The notes under the pieces were generated by a model, which worked only from the letters and a program-made list of their open reading frames with translations, was not told where the DNA came from and made no database searches. Position numbers and translations under genes: made by a program. Shown in pieces: positions 1-13,144 of a stretch of DNA of 64,000 nucleotides. Within the stretch, counting starts at the first letter, position 1; every line of letters begins with the position of its first letter. The DNA is from Octopus bimaculoides (taxonomy: Eukaryota). The stretch spans positions 8,163,886 to 8,227,885 of the forward strand of contig NC_068989.1 of assembly GCF_001194135.2 (NCBI RefSeq). The letters run 5' to 3'.

Positions 1-37
1 TGTATGTATGTGTGTGTGTATGTATGTGCGTGTATGC

Positions 38-76
<39 letters not shown>
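1..76. repeat. (TG)n/(TATG)n microsatellite
   Basis: Direct reading. Confidence 0.95.
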
Positions 77-79
<3 letters not shown>

Positions 80-1129
80 TATATTTTCATAGAGAGAATT
101 CAAAATTATGGCTGTATGCCTACACTGTATTAATACGCATAAAAAATAAACAAACGAACAACAACAACAACAAAAAAACATTGGTTTCTCTTTGGCCAGG
201 ACAGGCGGTAAACTACTGCCCAGAGACCAAATGCGGCTTACAGTCTTATTCTATTCAGCCGGCCAACTTTATTGAATATGTGACGTTGCATACAAAAATT
301 CCTTGTTTTCCTTGTCTATCTTTGACGAACGAATAATAAATTTCGATATTATAAAATACATCAAAGTCTTAGTTTTGTAATGTCTTTAAATGAATCAAAG
401 TTTTATATTAATGCAAAAAGAAAAAAAAAAATCAGCGATATTTCTTCACTCAATGAAAAACGAAAGTTTCCTTGGGTGCAATATTTTATGCAGTAAATGT
501 TTTTACCTAAATGATTGGTGTAACAAAACAGATTAACAGTGTGTCATATGTTGTTGCAATATAATCGATTCTAAAGCGACAAAGACAGAAAAAATTAGTT
601 ATTACTTGATGAAAGCAAGTAAAGTTGCCTCCTAGTGCTGTGTTTTGCCCCAATGCCACACAACAACCTCATTCAACCTAACTTATTAAAAAAGGTTTTA
701 ACTGCATGCTGAATCATACAGGGAGCCTAGAGATTTTTACGCCGTTAAATATGTAACAGCTACTTCATTACAACAAGTAATGTTTAAAACTAACAAACAG
801 ACAAAGAAGTAGTTTCTACATTATAGTCTTCTTCGATCATGCTTCCATTTTCTATTCCCTTTGGTTTGCAAGTCATTAAAACATTTAAAATCCAACCAGT
901 CTCCAAAATCGTTTACTGATCTCTGGTTTAGACAACTTATATACAACTGAACTTAAGACACAGCATGCCAAATGACGCGAGTCACTATACCAAAGATACG
1001 CTACAAATTCTTAGAAATATTTTAATTAACGACTCTCCACAAAATAATTCTTATTCGAATGAGTGTAGATCAAACTTATTCACACTCGCATGATTTCTTT
1101 CTTTAGATGCCTTTAAAACTTTGATCTGT

Positions 1130-1220
1130 CTTTAATCCCATCGATAAAATAAAGAGTTAGCCAAGTTCTGGGGTCGATGTCATCGACTTGTCCTCTCCAC
1201 TCAAAATAGCGAGACTTGAA
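1130..1220 (+). mobile_element. SINE family B, 3' fragment
   Basis: tcgataaaataaa...gttctggggtcgatgtcatcgacttg matches the reverse complement of the family B body at 3135-3345 and 52117-52319. Confidence 0.6.
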
Positions 1221-2719
1221 CCCTCAACGGACCGGCGTTCTGTCTGAGGCAATTTTGTAACCTCGTTCATTTAGAAACCATGGAAATAAGGTTACAGGCC
1301 TGAGGAATCTCAGGACCCGAAGAAAGAAAAAGATAAAAGCGTATATTTCACTAGGATTAGAAATCAAGACGAAAAGTATCGTAACTGTATACAGTAAAGT
1401 ATTTTAACCCTCGCTAAGGATTCTGCTAATCTATTTCTCTCCTCGGTATTGTTAATAGAGTTAGTAATAAAAGGTCGAATATAGATTTTCCGTGTTCTAT
1501 ACAGACAGTTGTTTCATCATCTATTTTCCGTAAATGTAATTTTTGTGAAGTTTAAAGTTCGAAATTAGATTTTCAAGAAAGAATTTGATTTCAAATATTT
1601 ATTTTTTATTCATTATTTGTTTGAGGTGGAAGAAGCGACAAACGTGGAAATAAAGGAAAATGTTTTAAAAGAATTATGAGGTTTATAAGAAACTTCCAAA
1701 GAGAGGTTATCGTTGAGCATTATAGTAGGGAAGTTAAGTTAATGCAGAGAGCTAAGGCGAGAGATTAAAACTTTGCAGCAACAGCATCTAAAACTTTTGG
1801 GGAGGCTCATCTACAATTTCATAGATGCAAGAAATAACTATGTGGTAAAAGCAGCTCACTTGGCGGTCACTTAACGGTCATATAGTTAAGAGTGCAGTCT
1901 ATATATGTCTTTATATTGCTTTTATATTATTACTGTGAATTACATATTTAATTTTTGCCAATAATATAGGATTACCATAAACCTGTTATATATTCAGCAT
2001 TTAGCTTTAAATGTTGCTTAAAAATCTACGTTTTCTTTTGTGGTGGGGGATAATCAACTATATGTTGAATATTGGATTTTCAAAACAATCAAAGATAATC
2101 AAATATGCTGCTATCCCACGGTAAATAATCAATATCCGAACACATTTTTCATTACTGACTATTTGGGGAATCAATGTGTAAAGTAAATTATCTCACTGTA
2201 GGCTTTAGTAGCGGTTAACGCATACAAAAAAAAAAAAGAACCAAAAACTAACTGCAATAGTATTTCTTGTTTTCTACAACCTATAGCTAACTTAGCTTAT
2301 GCTGATTAAGCATGTACCGCATACTTAATGAGTAAAAAACCAAACATGCTAAAATAACCGAATTCAAGTAAAATAAAATATATTTTAAACACATGGTGTG
2401 CTCTAATGGTTAGTTAAAATAAGGGAAATAATCATTTCTAGAGAAATTTCGGTGAAATTAGATGTTTCAATTTTAAGTCGAGGAACAAGGACGATGCATA
2501 GAATATGCATTTTTTATTATGTTTTGCTTACTCATTTTAAAGATTGTAAAATTTCTAGTTACAAGTAATCCTGTATAGCGTAATTTCATTCTTATTTAAA
2601 GTCTTCAGCATGACATAACCTGAAGCAATTAAATTAAACTAATTAAGCATTTTACGAAGCCAGAAATTTATTGTTGATGGGAAATAATCATTGTTTAGAA
2701 GACATTCGTGGAATGTGTT

Positions 2720-3000
2720 TTACCTTTTACCCTTTGCGTATTCCAGTCCTTAGACTGTGGCCATGCTGGGGCACCGCCTTGCTAGTCGCATGCATCGGCC
2801 TCAAGACTTATTTTTTTTAAAGCCTAGTACTTATTCTATCGGATAATTTCTGCTGAACCACTAGGTGACGTAAACACACGAACACTGGTTGTCAAGTGGT
2901 GATGCGGGACAATCAGATAAAAGACAATCACATACACATAGAGATAAATGTATAATATATGATGAGATTCTTTCAGTTTCCGACTACCTAATCCACTTTT
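2720..3000 (-). mobile_element. SINE family A, 5'-truncated
   Basis: gactgtggccatgctggggcaccgcc...agcctagtacttattctatcgg...ctttcagtttccgactacc is the reverse complement of the family A body and tail at 39034-39490 and 52485-52850. Confidence 0.85.
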
Positions 3001-3134
3001 CCCCAAGTTTCAGTATATAACTGATACATTTTCAGTCCTAAAATAATTAATCGACGCTGGAGAGTTTCCAATTTTGGATGTAAAGGATGCACATAAATAC
3101 CACAAGTCATTATGGTCCCGCTTTGCCGGAATAT

Positions 3135-3345
3135 TTGTTTCTAATTTTGGCACAAGGCCAGTAAGATTCTGATGAGGTAAGCCGTTTACATCGACCCCAG
3201 TAGTCAGCTAGTACTTATTTTATCGACCCCGATAAGATGAAGGATATAGTCGACCTCGGCGGAATTTGAACTCAGAACGTAATGGCGGACGAAATACTGC
3301 TAAGCAGTTTGGTGGGTGTGCTAATGACTGTGACAGCTCGCTTTG
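3135..3345 (-). mobile_element. tRNA-derived SINE family B, near full length
   Basis: ttggcacaaggcc...catcgaccccagt...ttttatcgacccc...gtcgacctcggcggaatttgaactcagaacg; on the minus strand a B-box-like GAGTTCAAATTCC; at least 9 related copies in the window. Confidence 0.85.
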
Positions 3346-3833
3346 TCGGAACATTAATAGCAGATTCTTACTTAGAAAGAAATCCATTAATATTTGAATT
3401 GCAGTCTGTTGTTTACTGAGACTGAAGACATACAAGGTAGAGCAAGAAAAAGAATATTGGTTTAGTCTATGGAAAGAAGTTGTAACACAATTGGTCTTTG
3501 GAGACCCCCTGCCCGACATCAGTCGAATCTCTTAGACAATGTTTGGTTGGATGGAGACGTAAAAAGCCAAAGTAACATTAATGGAATTTGAACGCGGTAT
3601 TTAAAGATACGCAACTAAATAATGCATAAATTTTAATACGAGATTTTAAACTTAAACTAATCAAAACAAAATTTGTAGTTGAATACTTTAAATGAGTTAT
3701 TACTAAAACAATTTAAAATATCTAAATGATTGACCTAAAATAATTATCTTACTTAGGAGCATTGATCAAAGTTCCACTTCTCATATGACCTCTTTGGCCA
3801 GCCCCCTCTCTCAATATCTATTGAACTCAATCT

Positions 3834-3835
<2 letters not shown>

Positions 3836-3895
<60 letters not shown>
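3836..3895. repeat. (TAA)n microsatellite, ~20 units
   Basis: Direct reading. Confidence 0.97.
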
Positions 3896-3896
<1 letters not shown>

Positions 3897-4231
3897 GATG
3901 ACGGCAAATTACGGTCGCCACCACAAAAACAATAATAAAAAATCTACTAAAATCAATCAAGAGATAATAATATAAACATTTAAAAAAAAGAGCCATTATA
4001 CTGACTGTTTTTGCAATCGTAACCAAACTATTTGGACATTCTTATACTGACAGACTGACATCATCAAATTGATGAATAGTTGATAGGCCATAAAGAGTTG
4101 GAACCGTAACTATTTTCAGACAAACATTTGTCCGATTTACGGCTGAACAGTTCTGTTAAATTCTACTTATAAAGTAAAAAACAAACAACAAAACAAACAA
4201 AAACCACGAAGTAAAATGTCAAAATATAACC

Positions 4232-4273
4232 CTGATTGGTGTCAGATGTGGCAGATGTAGTGGTGGGCGTGGT
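4232..4273. promoter_or_regulatory. Possible cis-regulatory motif cluster (inverted CCAAT box, two CAGATG E-boxes, GC box)
   Basis: ctgattggt 4232-4240, cagatg 4243-4248 and 4252-4257, tgggcgtggt 4264-4273 within 42 bp of unique, relatively GC-rich DNA. Motif match only. Confidence 0.25.
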
Positions 4274-5557
4274 GCGTGAAGCGAATGGTTGTCTTCTATT
4301 AGCAGCAATCAGAAGGTGACGGTTAGTAGGTATTTTATACAAGGAAGGTTGAATGCTGACCAGACTAAATGTATACTAGGGTTAAGTAAGTCTCCTAACT
4401 ATATCGTAAACACGCTTCCCTACAGTTTACTGCAATGATACAAAAAAGGAATCTATGGAACAGATCACACTGTCTAAATCTAGTGATTTGTTAGGGTGCC
4501 AATTGTGTCTTACTACTTCAATTATAAAAACACCCACTTTTATAATTTAGTTTTCAGGCAGAAAACATCTACAGTTAGTTTATCTCAATAGTACTGGAAC
4601 TTATTCATGGGCCTACGAGCTTCAAATCTTGGCATAAACTTATTTTGAGAAAGGGGTTTTGTATGAAGCATTATTTCCACAAATCACAAAAGCAAGCAGT
4701 TGATATAATGATAGAAATAGTGGATATTCATCTATGTTAGAAACGACTGTTTTAACGCTTTTAGTGCGGCTAAATATTTTCTGTATCCGATATAACCTCG
4801 TAAATAATACACAATCTTAAGTAAACTATAACAAGCTGGTGTTGAAAAGGACTTCAAGTTCACGAATATTTTGTCAGTAACTTCGATATTGATTAACTGG
4901 CCAAGGAAATGTACTGAAGTATTAGTTGTACTAATTAATATGGACATCGACAAAAATCAACTATATTCATATAAGAGAATAGAATGAGATGTACAACTAT
5001 ATGCTGTAAGGCATATTAACTCCAGTGATCTACCACTTCCGCTCACACACTACCCCATGTTCGTCGCTATTTTTTGTTGAACAGCAAACAATGTCGATAT
5101 AGATTGTGTCTGTTATTCTGGTTTCCGGTTACAAGCCAATTACTATTCCAACTTGAAATTTGTGTTTACAATGCCATGTCTTGGAGAAAACATTATTGCC
5201 TGATTTTCGATATTCCCGATCTGGAGATATAGTTTCCGGTTACAAGTTGTCTTCTTTGCTAACCGTAAATCTCCAGTTCACTAGATGTAGTTTATGTTCC
5301 AATGGGTTACTAGGCAATCCAAACAGCCAACCAAGAAGTTTCTCTCATTCAGCAAATTTTATGTTTGGAATATTGGTTTTTCGGTAAAGTTCTTTCTGCA
5401 GACGAATATATTGACAGAATTACAATATAGTAAAAAGTTTAAATAAATGGTTCTTTGATTTTTCTCATATGTTGTTTTTACATATGTATTTAGTAATGTA
5501 TGAGTTTTGTGTGTCTCCACATACGTGAGTATGTGCGGTCATTTGGGCAAATAGCAC

Positions 5558-5568
5558 ATACACACACA

Positions 5569-5614
<46 letters not shown>

Positions 5615-5804
5615 TGTGTGTGTACGCGCGTATACGAGTGTGCATGTGTGGATGTTTGTATTGTGTGTGAGCGTTTATGTATATATGCCTATATATGTGT
5701 GCATATATATATGTATATGTATATATATATATGTATGTATATATACATATATATATATATATGCGTATATTTGTATTTGTATATATGTATACGTACGCAT
5801 ACAT

Positions 5805-5835
<31 letters not shown>

Positions 5836-5850
5836 ATATATATATATATA
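5558..5850. repeat. Compound TA/TG/CA microsatellite
   Basis: Direct reading; source of several spurious ORFs. Confidence 0.95.
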
Positions 5851-6743
5851 TTTGAGTGTATGTGGCTATACACACGCACGTGCACGGGAGTAATTGTGTG
5901 GAAAGAGTGAATGGATCGTAAGGGCTCCAGTGCTGATTAAATAAGCACCATATATATATTACAGCTCATAGGAAACCATTCTTATTCCCTGGAAACTAAT
6001 GACTTTGTGCTTAAGTCAAAAACCAAATCAATTGCATGGCTTTCTATAAAGTTTTCAACAGAGGAAAAATATTAAACCCATTTTGGATTTATGGCGTCAA
6101 GTTGGATGAGGTTTATAATGTCCGTTTTCTTTTTTGATTCTTTAACAGCATCAACAATATAGTTAGAGCTGGGAAGAAAGAAGCTATATTACGATAAACT
6201 TTCCTGGAAAAGGAACTGTGGATATGAATAGTATTTGGTTGGCGCATTGGCTTTCGGTGAATGAAAATGTTCGAACGATGAAATGTAAAGAGGGAAATGT
6301 ATGATAAAATACGATGTTTATTGAAAAATTGCGAAATAGCTGAAGAAGTTAGATGTGATAATCTAAGTGAAAGGTAGTCGATAGAAAGCAAAAGAAAAGA
6401 AAAACAACAACAAAAAAACTTGATAATTTGAAAAGCGATTAATAATGTAGGGTGTGAGTGCATTGAAAAACACATGGATATACAGAAGAGTAGTAAAGAT
6501 GCGATTCATACCAGGAGATTCTATATTAAATGAAAACTGTCTAATATACTTTCACCGAATCAAAGCGTTCATTAGTTTTACCAGGAGCAGAAGCATATAA
6601 TAGTGTTGTAAGACTATTAGACATACGTATACACACAAATCCTGCATACACATACGCGTAAATGCACAGACACAGAGCGAGAGATACATCACACACGCAA
6701 ACACACCGAGAGAGGCATATACATACATACATACATACATACA

Positions 6744-6779
<36 letters not shown>

Positions 6780-7318
6780 TANNNNNNNNNNNNNNNNNNN
6801 NNNNNNNNNNNNNNNNNNNNNNNNNNNNNNNNNNNNNNNNNNNNNNNNNNNNNNNNNNNNNNNNNNNNNNNNNNNNNNNNNNNNNNNNNNNNNNNNNNNN
6901 NNNNNNNNNNNNNNNNNNNNNNNNNNNNNNNNNNNNNNNNNNNNNNNNNNNNNNNNNNNNNNNNNNNNNNNNNNNNNNNNNNNNNNNNNNNNNNNNNNNN
7001 NNNNNNNNNNNNNNNNNNNNNNNNNNNNNNNNNNNNNNNNNNNNNNNNNNNNNNNNNNNNNNNNNNNNNNTATATATGTATATATATATCCACAATGCCT
7101 ACATTTAGATCGTAATTTTAGAAACCTCGACAAATAAGAAAATAAGACTTTTTTTTACGAAGTATCTCGATTGCTAATATAGCTATGATAATAACTACAT
7201 TCTTGCATAGCGACTCACCATTTTATCCGTCCAGGTTTTCTTAACCAATATACTATAAGCTATTATTTAATGTTTTGCCATTCAAGACACTACGTAAAAC
7301 AGAATTATATATGTATTA

Positions 7319-7377
<59 letters not shown>
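7319..7377. repeat. (TATC)n microsatellite
   Basis: Direct reading. Confidence 0.97.
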
Positions 7378-7575
7378 AGTGAGCTTTATAGAAGCTTTCA
7401 GCTTATCGAATTTCCTCGTAACTTCGATATGGGAAAAAGTGTATAACCTTCGACGCCAATTAATTGTTATTGTTCCTCACCGTATGGTATACACTTTTTG
7501 TTTTGTAATACCTGCCATAAACTGCTTCAATCTTACAGACTTCCTACATTTGGATCCATGGATCTTACCCTAACG

Positions 7576-7589
7576 TCTCTCTCTCTCTT

Positions 7590-7620
<31 letters not shown>

Positions 7621-7641
7621 TTCTCTCTTTCTCTCTCTCTC

Positions 7642-7694
<53 letters not shown>
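7576..7694. repeat. (CT)n microsatellite running into a gap
   Basis: Direct reading. Confidence 0.97.
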
Positions 7695-8356
7695 NNNNNN
7701 NNNNNNNNNNNNNNNNNNNNNNNNNNNNNNNNNNNNNNNNNNNNNNNNNNNNNNNNNNNNNNNNNNNNNNNNNNNNNNNNNNNNNNNNNNNNNNNNNNNN
7801 NNNNNNNNNNNNNNNNNNNNNNNNNNNNNNNNNNNNNNNNNNNNNNNNNNNNNNNNNNNNNNNNNNNNNNNNNNNNNNNNNNNNNNNNNNNNNNNNNNNN
7901 NNNNNNNNNNNNNNNNNNNNNNNNNNNNNNNNNNNNNNNNNNNNNNNNNNNNNNNNNNNNNNNNNNNNNNNNNNNNNNNNNNNNNNNNNNNNNNNNNNNN
8001 NNNNNNNNNNNNNNNNNNNNNNNNNNNNNNNNNNNNNNNNNNNNNNNNNNNNNNNNNNNNNNNNNNNNNNNNNNNNNNNNNNNNNNNNNNNNNNNNNNNN
8101 NNNNNNNNNNNNNNNNNNNNNNNNNNNNNNNNNNNNNNNNNNNNNNNNNNNNNNNNNNNNNNNNNNNNNGCCATACTGGAGCACCGCCTTTAATCGAACG
8201 CCATTTTAAACAAAATGTCAAGCAGAAATTGAAGTAGGTGGTGAATATGTTCCGGAATAATCATTTAAAAATGTTTTTGATAAATATTGTTATTGTTTTT
8301 GTTGAATAAAATTTATTGAAATATAAGCCACAAGTTACTAAGACATAAGCAAAAGA

Positions 8357-8634
8357 ACACCGGTTGTCTAACGGTAGGTGTATACGACACAGACAGACAA
8401 CAAAGATACATACATACGCATACAACACACACACACACACACACACTAACTCACACACAGAGACACGTACGACAGGTTTCCATGCGGTTTTCGTCTTCCA
8501 AAATCACTCACAAGGCATTGGTTGATCCGGGGCTATGTTCGAACACACTTGCACAAGGGGCTGCGCATTGAAACTGAACCCAAAACAACATGGGTTCTAA
8601 GCGAGAATCTTAACCACACAACCATACCAGCACC
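8357..8634 (-). mobile_element. SINE family A, diverged, with internal CA expansion
   Basis: caccggttgtc...aaatcactcacaaggcattgg...gaaactgaaccc...cttaaccacacaacc matches the reverse complement of the family A head and body. Confidence 0.8.
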
Positions 8635-8884
8635 TAAATCAGTTGTTATAAAACAGACTTTTACTAAATCATAATGAACAGCTTATCACATTTTAGCATT
8701 CAGCGTATGACACTGTGTTATATAGACAGGCACTGGGTCATTTGGCAACACATGTATAGTCATTATATATAATATTTACATATACGCAGTGTCCTTGTTG
8801 TAATAGTAGTTTCCCTAAAACCATTAAGTATAAAAACAATAATTTACGCTTAGTATGAATCGAGCTTAAAGTATAATTTTCGAT

Positions 8885-8932
8885 GTAATATATCGTAATA
8901 TATCGTAATATATAGTGATATATCGTGATATA
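8885..8932. repeat. 10-bp minisatellite (gtaatatatc) x~5
   Basis: gtaatatatc gtaatatatc gtaatatata gtgatatatc gtgatata. Confidence 0.85.
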
Positions 8933-9329
8933 ATTGTATGGAAATTTATCAGTAATTAATCAAATGGCATTATAAGCGCAGTCATGTGTTGGCATCATTT
9001 TTGTCGTAGGTTTGTACCTAAATCGAGAGAGATTTATGCCAAATGAAATATATATTAATTGAAACATACAATAGATGGATACAAAAGCAGAATTCAGATA
9101 AAGTTAGTCGTAACTTTATGTCACGTATATTGTATAATAACATATATTGTTTAATTTATTGAATAGCAGACTATGCTTATATCAATGATAACCTCTTACG
9201 TAGGCACAAGCCCTTCGGTTGGACAAGAGTTGGTTAAAAAAATATGAAAACTAAAATGAAATGGTGTTATTGGAATTGACTTGCAGACGCGATTACCTGT
9301 GAGAAACTCGAGTGTAGCTAACGAGGAGA

Positions 9330-9420
9330 CCTCTTCGCAGTGGATCAGCTTGCTAGAAATAGCAACCGAAAGGCCGTCAAATCAGATCTTACTAGCCTAA
9401 AAATTGAAAGGCTTTTAGCT
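9330..9420 (+). mobile_element. Unclassified dispersed repeat family E, fragment
   Basis: Shares exact agaaatagcaaccgaa with the ~34450 copy; similar to the 27212 and 42660 copies. Confidence 0.45.
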
Positions 9421-10389
9421 GATGTAGGTCTAACTACTCCAAAATGTTTTGGAGGCTGCAAAGTTCATGGACAAAGCCAGACACAATCAGTGACTTATAG
9501 TTACGTTCAAAAACTATCATCATTACACGCACACAAAAGCATCACCTTAACACATGCGCACACATGCACATATATGCACACACGTACATGCACACGCATG
9601 CAAAATCATGCACATACACTTTCACTCACAACATATACACACGCTCACAATGACAAAACCTCCATAGGCATATATACACACAGACATGCGCACATATACC
9701 AACATACCCAATCACAGACATGTACTTAATCATACAAACGGGTACGTACATATGCACACAAAGCCGAAGAAATTTCGCACCACACACATGCACATGTGCA
9801 TATATATATATATATCGGCAATTTTCGTTACTGGGCAGAATAAATATGATCAAACGGGTGTCTATTACCAAAATCAGCATAAAGACCGAAACTCGAAGTT
9901 TGTTGCAGAAAAATCTTTCATACCCTATCATTGGGATTCACTTTATGTTGAATATCTCTGATCTGGGGATCTGGCAATGGTATAAAACAATTTTCATCTT
10001 ATGTCTTTGAATTTTAGAATGAAACGGAAGATGTCTTTATTCTATGGTGATGCCATACAATAAAGACGTCTTAAGCTATAAACGCTCATTTGATTGGTCA
10101 TCGTAGTCTTTTGATATTCAACTGAATAAGCGTTATAGCCTAAAATAGTTCTTTTTTTTTATATATATTTTTATCGCTCATGAAGAAATGGGTTGGAGTA
10201 ACGCGAAAAAGGGTAAAGTAGGAAATGGTAAGTAGAGTAGAATAGCAAGGAATATTCAAAAATTTTCTGCGATACTCGAAGAATATCGTTAGTATATAAT
10301 TTAGCCATCATAAAATGAGATTGTGATGGCAGTTACATAATACATACACATACAAAGATATACAGACGACTACACACACACACACACAC

Positions 10390-10424
<35 letters not shown>

Positions 10425-10711
10425 TATATATAGGCATAAACAGGTTGACAATATACAGGCGTAGTTACACAGAACTACATATACTCGCAAACACGTGTAC
10501 ATGCATATATATTTATGTATGTGTGCGGGTGCGGGTGCGTGTGCGCGCGCACATGCATCGTCTGCGCGCAAACCATATTATACAAATGTATAGCCATAAA
10601 CAGGTTGAAAAGCATATGTGCAGGAGCACACACAATTACGTATTAAGATGTAAGCGTATATGTGTGTGTGTATAAGTTCATATGCTTGTGAGTTTGGGTG
10701 TGATGTGTGTG

Positions 10712-10750
<39 letters not shown>

Positions 10751-11199
10751 GTGTGTGTTTGTGGAGATACGTACTACCAAAACACACGAATAACAGTGGA
10801 AATGAAAGTGAAAGCTCACAGATAAGGTTATTGATACGTTCTCTCTTTGTCTCTTTGTCTCTTTGTCCTTCTATCTCTTCATCTTTCTTTCTTCTCTATA
10901 TCTTTCTTCTCTCATAGGCATTTGGATAACCTCACATACACAAACACACACGCCTGTGTATGTGTGTAACTGTGTGTATGTATGTGTGTGTGGGTGTGCG
11001 CGCGTGCGTGCGTATGCAGGCGTGTGTACATGTTAGTATAAGTAAAACCCACGTTACGAAAACCAATCTTACATTATACACACTCAAACACTTATTCAGA
11101 GATATAAGGAAAAATACATATTTAAACGCACATGTATTACTCACATAAGCTCAGAAACACACACTGATACATGTATGAATATACACACACATTTATTTT

Positions 11200-11200
11200 C

Positions 11201-11261
<61 letters not shown>

Positions 11262-11271
11262 AATATCTATA

Positions 11272-11311
<40 letters not shown>

Positions 11312-11352
11312 CATATATATATACATATATACATATATATATGTGTGTGTGT
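11200..11352. repeat. (TA)n compound microsatellite
   Basis: Direct reading. Confidence 0.95.
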
Positions 11353-11625
11353 GGAGGCGCGTGGCTTAGTGGTTAGGGTGTCAGCATCATGATCGTAAGA
11401 TTGTGGTTTCCATTCCTGGACCGGGCGACGCGTTGTGTTCTTGAGCAAAACACTTCATTTCACGTTGCTCCAGTCCACTCTGCTGGCAAAATTGAGTAAC
11501 GCTGCGATGGACTGGCGTCCCGTCCAGCTGCGGAACACATACGCCATTGAAACCGAGAAACCGGGCCCATGAACCTGGCATGGCCACAGCTCATGAGCTG
11601 AAACTAGATAAAATGATAAAATGAA
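11353..11625 (+). mobile_element. tRNA-derived SINE family C (tail type X)
   Basis: A-box tggcttagtggtt, degenerate B-box gtttccattcc, CORE-like gcgttgtgttcttgagcaaaacac, tail ending catggccacagc...gataaaatgataaaatg. Confidence 0.85.
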
Positions 11626-11639
11626 TATATATATATATA

Positions 11640-11721
11640 GGCGCAGGAGCGGCTGTGTGGTATGTAGCTTGCTTACCACATGGTTCCAGGTTCAGTCCCA
11701 CTGCGTGGCACATTCAGCAAG
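11640..11721 (+). mobile_element. SINE family A, head only
   Basis: ggcgcaggagcggctgtgtggt...ggttcagtcccactgcgtggcac. Confidence 0.85.
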
Positions 11722-11770
11722 GCGAATCGTGAATTACATACGACTGCTTCTACATTGACTCTGTCTAAAG

Positions 11771-12168
11771 CAGTACTTCTCAGCAAAGTGCCATGTACCT
11801 CCTAGGTCCACCTAAGATTGGGGCGCGGGTGACAATCCAAGCAAAATAGAAAATTGGAGATCCACAGAAGTATTCTAAGGGTCCATGAAAACATTTCGCT
11901 TTAGAAGTATTTTTTGCAAGAAACAAGATGTCTTTCTGTGACACTTTGCATAGTCCGACATGTTTCCGGACACTAAAACATGTTGCCTCAGAGAGTTTGA
12001 GAATTCTATTGCAAACCTATACAAGTGAGTGTGTGAAAAACAAAATAGAAATCTTAAAAGAAGTTTCTAGAAGGTAGGTTTTTTTAACACCGAATGGCTA
12101 TGCGGGTATCACCAGAATAAAACAGTGATCAAAGAGGACCATAGATATAAAAGGGTTGGGAACCACTG
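11771..12168. mobile_element. Non-autonomous hAT (Charlie-like) MITE, 398 bp
   Basis: Ends cagtacttctcagc and gggttgggaaccactg (imperfect CAGTGGTTCCCAAC-type TIRs). Flanks gtctaaag (11763-11770) and ttctagag (12169-12176) match 6/8 and fit the NTCTAGAN target preference of Charlie-type hATs. Confidence 0.75.
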
Positions 12169-13084
12169 TTCTAGAGTTTTCCCTGTCGCATAAACTTCGG
12201 TTGGTCCACAGCTGGGCTGTGGTTTAGCATACACGAGCACTGTGCCACGGTGTTGGGGGAGGGAAGCGCAAAGGCGTAAATGAATGCAAAGCGGTGTTTG
12301 TGATTAGTCAATATTCCTGAATTGGCCGAATAGCTGAATTATTCATTGCCGTAAAGGGGCTCAGCATACATTTACATCAAACATACTGCAACACACACGC
12401 ACACACGCACGCGGACACAGAAATACAAACACAAACACAAATAAAAACATACACACACATAAATAAAATACACGCGCACAAAATACACACAGACACACAC
12501 ACACAAACGCATACACACTTACACAGGCAAGCATACAAACGGAAATACATACATGGCGGTATATAAACACACACAAATACATATTAATAGATTCATGCAT
12601 GCAAATAATATCCAGAACATTGCATCGGATTGAAGATGGCATATTGCATTATGGAATACGTTTCATGCTGCAAAATGGACTTCACAGCAATGGTTTATGG
12701 AATATTAACACAAAATTGGTGGAAACATTGAAAAAAAAATGCGGTATAAGTAAACTAAGTGGTTAGATAAGACGTCTCTTTGCGCCTCGTGAATAGATAT
12801 TGGACTTCAGCGCATCTGAGTATTGTGTCCAAAGACACTGACTGTTATACACAGAATGGCAGGCATATAACCACACACTGTCGATGAGAGAAAGAGAGAG
12901 AAAGAGAAAGAGAAATAAGGGAGAGGTGAGAGAAAGAGCGGGAGATACAGAGAAAGAGACAGAGAAAGGGGGAATTGCACAAAACGACAAAAATACATCA
13001 ATTGAAGTTATAGCTCATAAACACTAGCGCAGTTTATCTGTATGTATGGAGGCATGTATGCACGTATGTATGGATGCATGTATG

Positions 13085-13144
<60 letters not shown>

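Noticed and set aside
7219-7252. Minus-strand exon-like unit ending AAAATG|gtgagt
   Set aside because: Acceptor is mediocre, no downstream phase-0 exon was found, and GTGAGT is expected many times by chance.
9097-9119. 9-bp hairpin ataaagtta/taactttat
   Set aside because: Short and AT-rich; expected by chance.
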